Part shown: positions 24,700 to 33,764 of the stretch, piece by piece
Position numbering within the stretch: position 1 is the first letter of the stretch
Layout: each line of letters starts with the position of its first letter
IMG/VR virus record: IMGVR_UViG_3300029181_000007
Origin: a virus
DNA length: 42,124 nucleotides
Direction: 5' to 3' (one strand)
The notes under the pieces: model-generated
The model's input: only the letters and a program-made list of their open reading frames with translations
What the model was told of the DNA's origin: nothing
Database searches by the model: none
Translations under genes and position numbers: made by a program

Positions 24700-25439
24700 T
24701 GGGCAAACTTTTGGGCGCACAAATTGGCAACTTCCACACCCTGAAAGACTGGAAGCTGTATCTCAAGGTCGGAAGCCCCAAAATCGGCCCTGCTGAGGTA
24801 GATGACTACCTTGTGCAGGTGCCGGGGTCTGATACCCTGCTCAACCTGACCAGTTCTTTGGACGGCAGGCCACACTACAAAAAGCGCACCATTACCATGG
24901 AGCTCAAGTGCACCGCACCGAAAAATCAGTGGGAGAACCTCTACAGCACTATCGCAAACGCCATCCACGGGAAATGGCTCCAGTGTAAATTCGACAATGA
25001 CCCCAGTTTTTACTGGGAGGGCCTGTGGGAGGTGTCCGTCATCAAGGACGCATTATACTGTGTGTTTACGATTACAGGCACTTGCGACCCCTTCAAACGA
25101 AGTGTATACGACGGCTCTGATGACTGGCTGTGGGATGACCTTGTATTTGATACGGCGATTATCCGCAATTATACGGATATCCAGCTCAAAGCCAACGAGG
25201 ACATCACCGTAACCGTCACCGGTGCACCAAGAGCGGCTGGCATCTACTTCAAGCGCAGTGAGGACGCTGCCGACATTGCGGTGTCTCTCAATGGCCTTGA
25301 GGTTGGCATCCTTGCAAAGTCTACAGAGTGGCAGTACATTGAGGGCTTGCATATGCCGGATGGCGTTGTAGGTACTCTCATCTTTGCGGCGTCTGCGGAT
25401 TGCAGCATCAGCATCCGATATCTGGGGGGCAGCTTATGA
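24699..25439 (+). CDS. Distal tail protein (Dit)
   Basis: 246 aa, coupled to the TMP stop. Its position and size match siphovirus tail-family proteins. Confidence 0.7.
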   Translation: MGKLLGAQIGNFHTLKDWKLYLKVGSPKIGPAEVDDYLVQVPGSDTLLNLTSSLDGRPHYKKRTITMELKCTAPKNQWENLYSTIANAIHGKWLQCKFDNDPSFYWEGLWEVSVIKDALYCVFTITGTCDPFKRSVYDGSDDWLWDDLVFDTAIIRNYTDIQLKANEDITVTVTGAPRAAGIYFKRSEDAADIAVSLNGLEVGILAKSTEWQYIEGLHMPDGVVGTLIFAASADCSISIRYLGGSL

Positions 25440-27109
25440 GCTACAAAGTTTATGCGGGCGTCCAGACCGGCGTTGACGTGTGGAAGACAAAGACCTGCAT
25501 TTACGACCCAACGGACTACACGGACACAAAAAAGCTCATCAGTCCAACTTTGACACGGGAGGTGAGCAAGGCCGGTAGCTTGGAATTCACCCTGCCGCTT
25601 GGCAATGTGGCCCACTCAGCTTTGCAAAAAATGCGCACGACCGTGTCCGTAGAGCAAGACGGTGTGCGCATCTGGGAGGGCAGGCCCATGAGCCATGAGC
25701 AAGATTTTATGCTGCGTCAAAAAGTCTTTTGCGAGGGAGAGCTGGCCTACCTCAACGACAGCTCCGTTGCGCCATATACAGCCAAAGACGTGACGATCAA
25801 GCAATTTCTTTCGTTCCTGCTGGAAAATCATACCGGCATGGTGGACGCATACAAGGCGTTTACCTGTGGAAATGTTGGCTTTCCGAGCACCAGCGTGGTG
25901 GTTCCAGAACTGCATAACTGCGTGATGAAACTAGACTACATGGCAGGTACTCCGGACAGTGACGGCGATTATATGTATGAATATGGACTTTATACCTCAT
26001 CCGGCGTTCAACTTGTGAGCCAATATGAAGCTGGCTTCTCGGATGACGACACGGCCCCGGATCCATCTGCGTACAGATGGACGCTGAATGAAAAGCATGC
26101 AGATTCTTCCATAAACGGGTATATCTGGCGCACAGGAAACGGCCTGTTTTCCGTGAGCGTAAATGTGGCCCTGCCCTTGGACGGAGATGGCCAGACGCAC
26201 GAAGCTACGCAAAGAACGGTTACGCCGGATATCACATGCGCCACGCACTCAAAATCCCTTCCGCCTGAGACGGAATACGATCTCAAAGACACGGTCTCGA
26301 AAAATTGGAAAATCGAAAAGCAGGGAGACGGCTATGCCGTCTTGTTCAACGGTGCAGCCCTGCCGGATTCTTCCGTGGTCCGTTACGATTCTGCGCCACG
26401 GTACACCTTTGGCGATGGACGAAATTTTGGCGTTACATGGGATGTCATCCAAAATGAGCTTGTGGATGTATACGGCGGTTATCTGATCGTCCGGCACGAA
26501 AACGGGGCCCGGTATCTGGACTACGTCCGGGAAGTGCAGGAGAAAAACGGGCAGCCCATCGCATTCGGCACAAACCTGCTCGACCTGAGCAGCTACGTCA
26601 AAGCAGAGGATATTGTCACCCGCGTCATTGCCGTCGGAAAAAAGAAATCCGGCTGGTTTTTGTGGGAGAAAACCAACACCATCACGGCAACCGCTAACGA
26701 CGCCACCGCGCAAAAGCTGTTTGGCATCATCGCGCGGGTCATTGTGCAGGACGGAACCGAAAACACAACGCAGTCGCTTCTGGATGCCGCAAACGCGGAG
26801 CTGTCCAAAAACTTGCGTTACCTTGACGGAATCACGGTAAAGGCTGTGGACCTCAAGGATGCCGGCGTGGATATCGCCCGCCTTGGCTTTGGCAAGATGA
26901 CACACATCTACTCCAACCCGCACGGGGTGAACACCTGGCTTTTGTGCTCTAAGCTTGTGGAGCCTTTGGACGCGCCGGACAAAAAAGAATTCACGCTGGG
27001 CATTGATTTCTCCAGCGTCAGCGACTTGCAGGCCCTGAGCGCACGAAAAGCCAGTGACGCCTATGACCTGAGCCGCTCGCTGAAGGGCTATGCATCCGCA
27101 AAGGGGTGA
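25436..27109 (+). CDS. Tail-associated lysin-like / baseplate hub protein (Tal, prophage-tail family)
   Basis: ATGA coupling to Dit. 557 aa. N-terminal segment SPTLTREVSKAGSLEFTLP...VRIWEGR is typical of Tal N-terminal domains. Confidence 0.7.
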   Translation: MSYKVYAGVQTGVDVWKTKTCIYDPTDYTDTKKLISPTLTREVSKAGSLEFTLPLGNVAHSALQKMRTTVSVEQDGVRIWEGRPMSHEQDFMLRQKVFCEGELAYLNDSSVAPYTAKDVTIKQFLSFLLENHTGMVDAYKAFTCGNVGFPSTSVVVPELHNCVMKLDYMAGTPDSDGDYMYEYGLYTSSGVQLVSQYEAGFSDDDTAPDPSAYRWTLNEKHADSSINGYIWRTGNGLFSVSVNVALPLDGDGQTHEATQRTVTPDITCATHSKSLPPETEYDLKDTVSKNWKIEKQGDGYAVLFNGAALPDSSVVRYDSAPRYTFGDGRNFGVTWDVIQNELVDVYGGYLIVRHENGARYLDYVREVQEKNGQPIAFGTNLLDLSSYVKAEDIVTRVIAVGKKKSGWFLWEKTNTITATANDATAQKLFGIIARVIVQDGTENTTQSLLDAANAELSKNLRYLDGITVKAVDLKDAGVDIARLGFGKMTHIYSNPHGVNTWLLCSKLVEPLDAPDKKEFTLGIDFSSVSDLQALSARKASDAYDLSRSLKGYASAKG

Positions 27110-27113
27110 TAAA

Positions 27114-28175
27114 TTGGATAAGACATTTGACGAAGCAATTTCCGAAGTCCGCAATGCAGAACGCGGCGTGGAAGTACGGGAAGCCCTTGCACAGGGCTTT
27201 GAGTATGTGAAGCAGTATGGCGAAGCTGTTATCGCGCGGCAGGAAGAAGCTGTTCAGAGTGCGGAAACAGCCACAAACGCGGCGGCAACTGCCACAGCAC
27301 AGGCCGCAGCAGCAGCCAAGACAGTCAAAGACGCCACTGCAAGCGCCATAAGCGCAGCGCAAGAGCAGGCAGGTATTTCGACATCGAAAGCCGAGGAATC
27401 TGCTTCCAGTGCCGAAGAAGCAGCGGCCAGTCAAACTGCTGCCGCGTCTAGTGCATCTGCCGCAAAGGCCAGCGAGGAAGCAGCTGCAAAGAGTGCCGCC
27501 GACGCAAAGGCTATCGTGTCCACTGACACGACCCTGACCGTATCGGGCGCACCGGCTGATGCAAAAGCGACCGGCGACGCCCTGGCTCAGAGGTACACCA
27601 AGGCCCAGGCCGACGCCAAGTTCGGCACGCCGTACACCCTGCCGCCCGCCACAGCAGACCAGCTGGGCGGCGTGAAGGTGGGCGACTATCTGGACATCGC
27701 TGCGGACGGCACCCTGAGCGGCAAGACGCTGTATGACACCATCGCGGCCAGTGTGGCGGTCAAGTCGGAGGCGCGGCTGGTGTGGAGCGGAAAAACAACG
27801 ATTGGGAGGAGAAAAACTGAGACAATTAACGTTCAGGACGGTGTAGATTACGTTAACCTCCGCGTAAACGAAGCTGATTTTAATCTTACCCCTGGTATGA
27901 CATATGAAGCTCACATTTCTAGCGCGGGAAGTCTCACGGTCACAGTATTATTTTCGGCCGACAAAAAAAGGCTTGAATGTACCCTTACCAATACGCTGAA
28001 TACTGTATCGGTTGTATTCACCGGCTACCACTACCCCACCTTGGCAGAGCTGCTGACCGAGACGCAGGCCGCCCAGGCGGACACGGACGCCCTGGCGGTA
28101 GATCAGGAGTACCGCGTCGCCCTGCTGGAGCTGGGACTGACCGATGACACCACCACTGACACAAGAACCACATAA
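27114..28175 (+). CDS. Tail fibre / receptor-binding protein with Ala/Ser-rich coiled-coil stalk
   Basis: TTG start after AAGGGG. N-terminal AERGVEVREALAQGFEYV, a long A/S/E-rich stalk, and a C-terminal globular part encoded by AT-richer DNA. Confidence 0.65.
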   Translation: MDKTFDEAISEVRNAERGVEVREALAQGFEYVKQYGEAVIARQEEAVQSAETATNAAATATAQAAAAAKTVKDATASAISAAQEQAGISTSKAEESASSAEEAAASQTAAASSASAAKASEEAAAKSAADAKAIVSTDTTLTVSGAPADAKATGDALAQRYTKAQADAKFGTPYTLPPATADQLGGVKVGDYLDIAADGTLSGKTLYDTIAASVAVKSEARLVWSGKTTIGRRKTETINVQDGVDYVNLRVNEADFNLTPGMTYEAHISSAGSLTVTVLFSADKKRLECTLTNTLNTVSVVFTGYHYPTLAELLTETQAAQADTDALAVDQEYRVALLELGLTDDTTTDTRTT

Positions 28176-28188
28176 GGAGGTAAAAACT

Positions 28189-28353
28189 ATGTTGTATCGT
28201 ATCTGTAAACGCCTGATCGAGCGCGGCCAGACCACTGGCCTTGCGGACAAGCTGGACGTGTTCTACGCCATTGGCCGCATCACCGAGGCCGAGTACAAGG
28301 AGCTGATCGAGCTGCTGGAGGACAAGACCGGCAATAAGAACAAGGAGGCTTAA
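28189..28353 (+). CDS. xkdX: XkdX-family small protein
   Basis: TAAGGAGG SD. 54 aa. VFYAIGRITEAEYKELI matches the XkdX pattern. Lies between the fibre and the lysis genes. Confidence 0.6.
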   Translation: MLYRICKRLIERGQTTGLADKLDVFYAIGRITEAEYKELIELLEDKTGNKNKEA

Positions 28354-29010
28354 ATGAGTAAAACAATCATGGACGTTTCCCGCTGGCAGGGCAACATCGA
28401 CTGGGACAAGGTCAAGGCCAGCGGCAAGGTGGACGGTGTGATGCTGCGGGCAATGGGCAACAGCAAGACAGGCGCACCCAGCAAGCCGTATCTGGACCCT
28501 ACCTTTGCCCGCAACTACACGGAGTGCACTCGGTTGGACATCCCGGTGGGCGTGTATGGCTACTTCAAGGCCGTCAGCCGAGCAGAAGCTGACAAGGAGC
28601 TGGCCCTGCTGAAAAGCGCCCTGATCGGCAAGACGCTGCGCCTGCCGGTGGCTGTGGACGTCGAGGACGCGTTGCCCGCGAAGCTTAGCAAAGAGGTGCT
28701 GACCGACCTGACCGCTTACGAGCTGAAAACGGTGCAGGACTGGGGATTTTACTCTATCTTGTACACCTACCTGAGCTATGCAGACAAGCACCTTTACATG
28801 ACCGGCGCGGCGCTCAAGCCCTATGATGTGTGGCTGGCGGCCTACCGTAGCCAGAAGCCCGCCACGGTATACCCCTATGGGATGTGGCAGCATACCAGCT
28901 CCGGCAGCGTGCCGGGCGTTGCAGGCAATGTTGACCTGTCCATTGCTTACAAGGACTATACCAGTATCATTTGCAAGAAGGGCCTGACCCGTCTCCGGGA
29001 GGGCAAATGA
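28354..29010 (+). CDS. Endolysin, glycoside hydrolase family 25 muramidase
   Basis: The DVSRWQGNIDWDKVKASG signature, plus VGVYGYF and a GNVDL tail. No cell-wall-binding domain is evident. Confidence 0.85.
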   Translation: MSKTIMDVSRWQGNIDWDKVKASGKVDGVMLRAMGNSKTGAPSKPYLDPTFARNYTECTRLDIPVGVYGYFKAVSRAEADKELALLKSALIGKTLRLPVAVDVEDALPAKLSKEVLTDLTAYELKTVQDWGFYSILYTYLSYADKHLYMTGAALKPYDVWLAAYRSQKPATVYPYGMWQHTSSGSVPGVAGNVDLSIAYKDYTSIICKKGLTRLREGK

Positions 29011-29396
29011 CCGAAAAAGAAGCTCTACTGTGGGTGCTGGGCATCCTGGGCAGCCTGTGCGCTGCGGTCATCACCATCGACAAGGTGCTGGACATCATCC
29101 ACAAGTACGTCAAAAATGCACAGGCCCCCGACGATGCGCAGAACAAGCGGCTTGACGAGATGGACAAGCGCTTGCAAACGTTAGAAACGGGCTATGCGCA
29201 ACATTCTTTGGCGCTTGGGCGCGATTTGTCCCGCTTCGGGGAAATCGACGAAGTAAACCGCCTGACGCTTGAAGCCGTTCGTGCCCTGCTGGAAGCACAG
29301 CTGACCGGAAACAACGTGCCCGCTATGCAGGCCAGCAAGGAAAAAATCGATAATTACCTCATGGAAGGAGTAACGAAACATGGAAGCAATGCTTAA
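29007..29396 (+). CDS. Membrane-anchored coiled-coil protein (lysis accessory or holin-like)
   Basis: ATGA coupling to the endolysin. N-terminal TM segment LLWVLGILGSLCAAVITI. Confidence 0.5.
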   Translation: MTEKEALLWVLGILGSLCAAVITIDKVLDIIHKYVKNAQAPDDAQNKRLDEMDKRLQTLETGYAQHSLALGRDLSRFGEIDEVNRLTLEAVRALLEAQLTGNNVPAMQASKEKIDNYLMEGVTKHGSNA

Positions 29397-29715
29397 TTTC
29401 ATCCCCGCACCCGTCGCAATCGTTCTCATCATCGTCGGCTTTGTGGCTCTGGCAGTCGGCGCTATCCGCATGGGCTATAAGCAGCTGGTCAAAGATCTGG
29501 CCTATGACCTCGTGTGCAAGGCCGAGGACAGCATCATGGGCAGCGGTCAGGGCGCGAAGAAAAAGAAGCAGGTCTTTGACGCGCTGCGTGCGGCCTGCCC
29601 TGCATGGCTGAAGCCTATCATCACGGATGAAGTGCTTGACGCGGTGATTGAAAAGGCCGTGAGCCTGATGAAGAAGGCACTGGAAGAAAAGAAGCCTACC
29701 ATCAACAAGGAGTAA
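29380..29715 (+). CDS. Holin, LL-H-family-like
   Basis: N-terminal TM segment FIPAPVAIVLIIVGFVALAVGAI. GSGQGAKKKKQVFDAL...VLDAVIEKAVSLMKK resembles LL-H holins. Confidence 0.6.
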   Translation: MEAMLNFIPAPVAIVLIIVGFVALAVGAIRMGYKQLVKDLAYDLVCKAEDSIMGSGQGAKKKKQVFDALRAACPAWLKPIITDEVLDAVIEKAVSLMKKALEEKKPTINKE

Positions 29716-29718
29716 CCC

Positions 29719-31695
29719 ATGATCGAGCAAAGCGTATCTCTCGCATCCAATGGCGTCGTCAAAGTGCCGGGCTATGAGCAGCTGGTGCGCTTTGGCTACA
29801 CAAAAAACCGGGGCGTGTACCGCCTTGCCGTCACTGCCGCCGGCGAGTGGGAGGGCCTGACCATCCGGGCGTTCTGGCACCTGCCGGGCGGCGGGGCACC
29901 GGCGTCCTCCCTGGTGGTGGACGGCTATGTGGCCGTGCCCGCCAGCGTGACCGTACAGCCTGGTGATGGCTGCATCACCTTTGAGGGAAGCGACGGCACC
30001 CGCACGGTGACAAGTGCAGATCTGCGGTATCGTGTCAGTGCCAACTCTGGCACAGAGGATGGCACAGAGCCGGAGCCGGGCACCCCTGCCTGGCAGGAGC
30101 TGGTGGGGGCCGTTCATACCGATGCCACCGCCGCAGAGCAGGCTAAGACCGATGCCCAGACCGCCGCCAGTGAAGCAGCCACCAGTGCGGGCAATGCAGC
30201 CCAGAGCGCTCAGGAAGCCGCTGACAGCTTACAGGAGCTGAAAGACGGCATTGCCGCTGGTAACTTCAAAGGCGAGAAGGGTGACAAGGGCGACACTGGC
30301 CCCATCGGCCCGGTCGGCCCGCAGGGTGAGCAAGGCCCTCAAGGCCCCACAGGCGCTATGGGTGCCACTGGCCCACAGGGTGAAACTGGTCCTCGTGGCG
30401 AGCAGGGGCCACAGGGTATTCAGGGCGAGCGCGGCCCGCAGGGTGCGCAGGGGCCGCAGGGCGAAAAAGGTGACACTGGGCCACAGGGGCCTAAAGGCGA
30501 CCCCGGCCCGGCAGGTGCAGACGGCAAAGATGGCATACAAATTGATGATACCACTGTGGGCCCCGACGCATGGAGCAGCAAGCACATCGTGGATATGCTC
30601 TGCCCGCCCATCTCTGAGACCGGCAACCCGGTGCAGTGCTACCCTGTGGAAAATTATCCGCTGGGGGTGACTGCCAGCTGGGAACCTGTGCAGGAGGGCA
30701 GCGGTGAGCCAAGTCCGGACAACCTCCGGCCTATCCACGGCAGGACGCGGGTAAATGTCGAACGGAGCGGGGAGAATCTGCTGAATATCGCTCCGTTTAC
30801 CAAGCTGACAAATCAAGGCGTCACCTATGAGTATGTAGCCAACGGCGGCGTACATATTTCTGGCACCGCATCGGCTAATGTGGTTAGCCCAATGTTTTCG
30901 GTTTGGTATCTGCCGCCCGGGAAATACTACGCGTCAGATTCGGGTGAAGGAATTGGCGCTAGTATTGTGGTGCAGAGAAATGGTAGAAACGTTTGGCTAA
31001 GCACCAAAGGCACTTTTGTGATTTTGGCTGGGGACGTAATTAAGTTTTGGTGCTTGAGTGTGAATAGCGGCATAACTGTTGACAAGACGCTATACCCGTA
31101 CATTGTCCCTGGCACCACTGCCCCCACCACCTACGCCCCTTACACCGGCCAAACCGCCACCCTCACTCTGCCCCGCACCATCTACGGCGGCACGGTGGAT
31201 GCAGTGACGGGAGAGGGGCAGGAAACGTGGAGACTTGTGACGCTGGATGGGACGGAGAGGTGGATACGACAAGACAACGCAACAAATAATTATTCTTGTA
31301 GCATCAAACCTGTTGCAAACAGCTTAACGAATTGTTTGTGCAGCATGTTCCAGTGGAAAATGTATGCTTACGCGAGTAATGGAAATGAAGGATATTTTGC
31401 GTTTGAAAGCAGCGGGGAAAGAGTGAATTTTTGCGTTACTGAAACGTGGGAGACAGTAGATGCTTGGAAATCCTACCTCGCCGCCCAGTATGCGGCAGGA
31501 ACCCCCGTGCAAATCGCATACAAGCTGGCAACACCTGAACCTTTCACCGCCACAGGAGCACAGCCTATCCCTGCCCTCCCCGGCGTGAACACCCTGATGA
31601 CCGATGCCGATGCCTTGACCGTGACAGGCAGAGCAGACCCCATCAAACGCATTACTGACCTTGAGGACGCAGTAGCGTCCATGACAACGACCTAA
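29719..31695 (+). CDS. Collagen-like triple-helix repeat tail fibre protein
   Basis: 29 uninterrupted G-X-Y triplets (30271-30531). An Ala-rich coiled coil lies upstream. The C-terminal globular region has AT-rich patches. Confidence 0.75.
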   Translation: MIEQSVSLASNGVVKVPGYEQLVRFGYTKNRGVYRLAVTAAGEWEGLTIRAFWHLPGGGAPASSLVVDGYVAVPASVTVQPGDGCITFEGSDGTRTVTSADLRYRVSANSGTEDGTEPEPGTPAWQELVGAVHTDATAAEQAKTDAQTAASEAATSAGNAAQSAQEAADSLQELKDGIAAGNFKGEKGDKGDTGPIGPVGPQGEQGPQGPTGAMGATGPQGETGPRGEQGPQGIQGERGPQGAQGPQGEKGDTGPQGPKGDPGPAGADGKDGIQIDDTTVGPDAWSSKHIVDMLCPPISETGNPVQCYPVENYPLGVTASWEPVQEGSGEPSPDNLRPIHGRTRVNVERSGENLLNIAPFTKLTNQGVTYEYVANGGVHISGTASANVVSPMFSVWYLPPGKYYASDSGEGIGASIVVQRNGRNVWLSTKGTFVILAGDVIKFWCLSVNSGITVDKTLYPYIVPGTTAPTTYAPYTGQTATLTLPRTIYGGTVDAVTGEGQETWRLVTLDGTERWIRQDNATNNYSCSIKPVANSLTNCLCSMFQWKMYAYASNGNEGYFAFESSGERVNFCVTETWETVDAWKSYLAAQYAAGTPVQIAYKLATPEPFTATGAQPIPALPGVNTLMTDADALTVTGRADPIKRITDLEDAVASMTTT

Positions 31696-31708
31696 AGGAG
31701 GACTGACT

Positions 31709-31933
31709 ATGGCAATCAAAAGCAAATCTCGCCATGACCTGACCCTGCGCTCCATCAAGCGGGAAATCGCCGCAGGACGCGATGTTGCGTTCTGGCTGGA
31801 TAAAGCATATATGCACTACGACAACGGACTGCTGACCGCAGATGACATCGCAGAGGTGGAAGCCCTTGCACAGGCGTACTACGACGCTCTGGACGCGGAG
31901 GAAGCGGCTGACGCTGAGGAAATCACACTGTAA
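31709..31933 (+). CDS. Hypothetical acidic protein (possible fibre assembly factor)
   Basis: TAAAGGAGG SD. 74 aa. Confidence 0.5.
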   Translation: MAIKSKSRHDLTLRSIKREIAAGRDVAFWLDKAYMHYDNGLLTADDIAEVEALAQAYYDALDAEEAADAEEITL

Positions 31934-31943
31934 GGAGGATATC

Positions 31944-32162
31944 ATGGCAAGCACTACATACCGCCATCTCGGTGACGTCACCGAGATGTACGCCGCACAA
32001 GAACAATTTCGTGACATCACGAAAATGGTGACAAAACGTCACCATTTTGCCGTGCTTGGCAATATGGTGCGCAACGCCGGACAGCTGCCGCAGCCTTTCT
32101 GGCTCGGTGCTGCCTGTGGCGGCGGCTCGTGTAGTGCTGCCCACTGCGCTGAAAGGACTTGA
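31944..32162 (+). CDS. Hypothetical protein (overlaps the next ORF in another frame)
   Basis: TAAGGAGG SD 6 nt before the ATG. 72 aa. Confidence 0.45.
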   Translation: MASTTYRHLGDVTEMYAAQEQFRDITKMVTKRHHFAVLGNMVRNAGQLPQPFWLGAACGGGSCSAAHCAERT

Positions 32163-32340
32163 CAGACAGAAGATGACCGCCGCCATCAAAAACGCACCGC
32201 TTGGGAGGGTAGACCGTAAGATAGCCTTACTGCGGTACGTTGAGCGGCTCCCACTGCCGGACATTGCAGCACAGACCCATTACAGCCGGACGGCGATAGG
32301 CTACCGGCTGAAAGGTATTGAAAAAATGTTGAATGTGTGA
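32047..32340 (+). CDS. Sigma-70 region-4-like HTH protein (start uncertain)
   Basis: C-terminal DRKIALLRYVERLPLPDIAAQTHYSRTAIGYRLKGIEKML. No SD is visible at the TTG (32047). It may be joined to 31944-32162 by a frameshift, or start internally. Confidence 0.45.
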   Translation: MPCLAIWCATPDSCRSLSGSVLPVAAARVVLPTALKGLDRQKMTAAIKNAPLGRVDRKIALLRYVERLPLPDIAAQTHYSRTAIGYRLKGIEKMLNV

Positions 32341-32346
32341 TATAAT
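32318..32346 (+). promoter_or_regulatory. Strong sigma-70-type promoter TTGAAA-17-TGaTATAAT
   Basis: -35 at 32318-32323, a 17-nt spacer, TG at 32338-32339, and -10 at 32341-32346. Confidence 0.5.
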
Positions 32347-32352
32347 ATTTTT

Positions 32353-32445
32353 ACGATCCGAGTGTATGTAGGACGCATGTTTAAGGCTGATTCTACAAAC
32401 GCAACAAAGCGGCAGGTTATTCCAGAGCTTGCCGCTTTTCTTTTT
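32353..32445 (+). ncRNA. Putative short transcript (about 90 nt) between the promoter and the late-operon terminator
   Basis: Bounded by the promoter at 32318-32346 and the terminator at 32407-32445. It contains only a 24-codon ORF with a poor SD. Confidence 0.3.
32407..32445 (+). terminator. Rho-independent terminator (end of the late operon)
   Basis: aagcggcag / cttgccgctt stem, 10-12-nt loop, then TTTTCTTTTT. Confidence 0.7.
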
Positions 32446-32454
32446 GCATGAATT

Positions 32455-32464
32455 GTGGTATAAT
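32455..32464 (+). promoter_or_regulatory. Extended -10 promoter element TGgTATAAT
   Basis: tgtggtataat was read at 32454-32464. No good -35 is present. Confidence 0.35.
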
Positions 32465-32469
32465 TATCT

Positions 32470-32667
32470 CAACAAATCCACCCGGCCTTTCGAAGAAGCG
32501 CATTAGGGTGGATATTTGCCAGCTAGCCCAGTGCTTTATCTGGGAATGAAAAAAGCGGTTGCCAGATAGGCGCCGACCAGTCTCCCACCCGCCTACTTAC
32601 AGTGCGTACCATGCGGGAGACGCAGAAATCCCCCGGTGTTCCGTTTGGAGCATTGGGGGATTTTTTT
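32470..32667 (+). ncRNA. Putative structured small RNA (about 200 nt)
   Basis: It starts after the extended -10. Hairpins are atccaccc/gggtggat (8 bp), tatctgg/ccagata (7 bp) and tctccc/gggaga (6 bp). It ends in a long terminator hairpin. No credible CDS. Confidence 0.3.
32626..32667. terminator. Bidirectional rho-independent terminator
   Basis: aaatccccc...gggggattt stem extended by ggtgttcc/ggagcatt wobble pairs, with a gttt loop. TTTTTTT follows on the plus strand. It abuts the stop of the minus-strand gene. Confidence 0.65.
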
Positions 32668-33373
32668 ACTTTTTCTTCAATTCCTCAAGCCTGCTGGAAA
32701 GTTCTTCTTCCCATCCTTCATGTTCTTTAAGGTACGGGGCGTAGATCAGTTCTTCGGCCTCTTTGCGGGCCGCAACGGCTTCTTCGATTGTGTCATAGCT
32801 GCCGAGATGATATTGCTTGCGTTGGAAATTGATATATGCACGCCATCGACCGTGGCAGTCTTTGCACACACCATTCGCGCCAGAAGTGGAATTTTTATTG
32901 ATATGGCCTCCGACCGCCCTTGTGCGAATCGACATAAGGGAAGAGCCACCCGCGTAAGCTGTGCTGTGAATTGCCCCGGTTTTCTCTCCAATGTCCCTGT
33001 TGCAATCTGCGCAATGCTGGATCAGAGGAAGCCTTGTGATCTTTACGGTGGTTTCCTTCCCACATTTCGGGCAAATAGCACGGCACAGAAAATGACCTGA
33101 CCTCTTTTCGGGCAAAACTTCCAATACTTTCCATCCGTTGATGACGTGTCCCTCTTTTTCCTTTGCCTTTTTCAGTCTTGCGGTTGTCAGGCCTGGCTTT
33201 TGCCCTCGATTCGCGCAAGACAGACAGCTGCGGCTTTTGCCAAGACGCAGGGAGCTGTCATACACGTCTTTTACCACTCCGCACTCACACTGGCATGTGT
33301 AGTAGTGCGGCTTTTCAGACGGCGCAAGTACCGTCCACTTTCCAAAATGCTTTCCAGTCAAATCTTCTGCCAT
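32666..33373 (-). CDS. AP2-domain DNA-binding protein with duplicated zinc-ribbon modules
   Basis: Two modules (GKWTVL...CQCECG...SCLSC and NGWKVLEV...CPKCG...CADC). C-terminal GVCKDCHGRWRAYINFQRKQYHLGSYDTIEEAVAARKEAE is the AP2 pattern. Confidence 0.65.
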   Translation of the reverse strand: MAEDLTGKHFGKWTVLAPSEKPHYYTCQCECGVVKDVYDSSLRLGKSRSCLSCANRGQKPGLTTARLKKAKEKEGHVINGWKVLEVLPEKRSGHFLCRAICPKCGKETTVKITRLPLIQHCADCNRDIGEKTGAIHSTAYAGGSSLMSIRTRAVGGHINKNSTSGANGVCKDCHGRWRAYINFQRKQYHLGSYDTIEEAVAARKEAEELIYAPYLKEHEGWEEELSSRLEELKKK

Positions 33374-33383
33374 AACATTTTCC

Positions 33384-33701
33384 TCAGATCAGGCCGTAGT
33401 GCTCGGCCAGAAGGAAGCGTACATACACCGGGCACTCCCTCTCGCCCAGGCACCAGCCCTGCACCGTGCGGCGCGGGATGCCCGCACCCTTTGCAAAGGC
33501 GGTCTGGCTGATGCCGGATGCCACCACCATCTCCCGCACGCTCATGCGGGAGACGTCCCAGAGATGGGACAGGCGGGCGGTCTCGGCGTCCAGATCGGCG
33601 CAGCCATCGGAATCGTCCGGGATGCTGAGGGTGACGTTACCGAGAAAAACTTCTTTCGGCTGCTTGGCAGCCATGCCAAAAAGTTCTGCTTTGCTATACA
33701 T
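33384..33701 (-). CDS. XRE-like helix-turn-helix protein
   Basis: MSVREMVVASGISQTAFAKGAGIPRRTVQGWCLGERECPVYV is an HTH pattern. AAAGGAAG SD. Confidence 0.6.
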   Translation of the reverse strand: MYSKAELFGMAAKQPKEVFLGNVTLSIPDDSDGCADLDAETARLSHLWDVSRMSVREMVVASGISQTAFAKGAGIPRRTVQGWCLGERECPVYVRFLLAEHYGLI

Positions 33702-33764
33702 GGTTGACTTCCTTTCTTTCGCATGATAATATGTTCGTGTACCTCCATGGTACGTCTTTCACAA

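Noticed and set aside
27785-31450. A diversity-generating retroelement targeting the fibre C-termini.
   Set aside because: No reverse transcriptase gene and no template-repeat copy of the fibre 3' regions was seen anywhere in the window.
32377-32451. A 24-codon ORF (MFKADSTNATKRQVIPELAAFLFA) inside the putative short transcript, considered as a type I toxin.
   Set aside because: The SD is poor and spaced only 4 nt away. The peptide is only weakly hydrophobic, and the ORF runs through the terminator stem.
32559-32744. A 61-aa plus-strand ORF.
   Set aside because: It reads straight through the long terminator hairpin and into the antisense of the AP2 gene. It has no SD.
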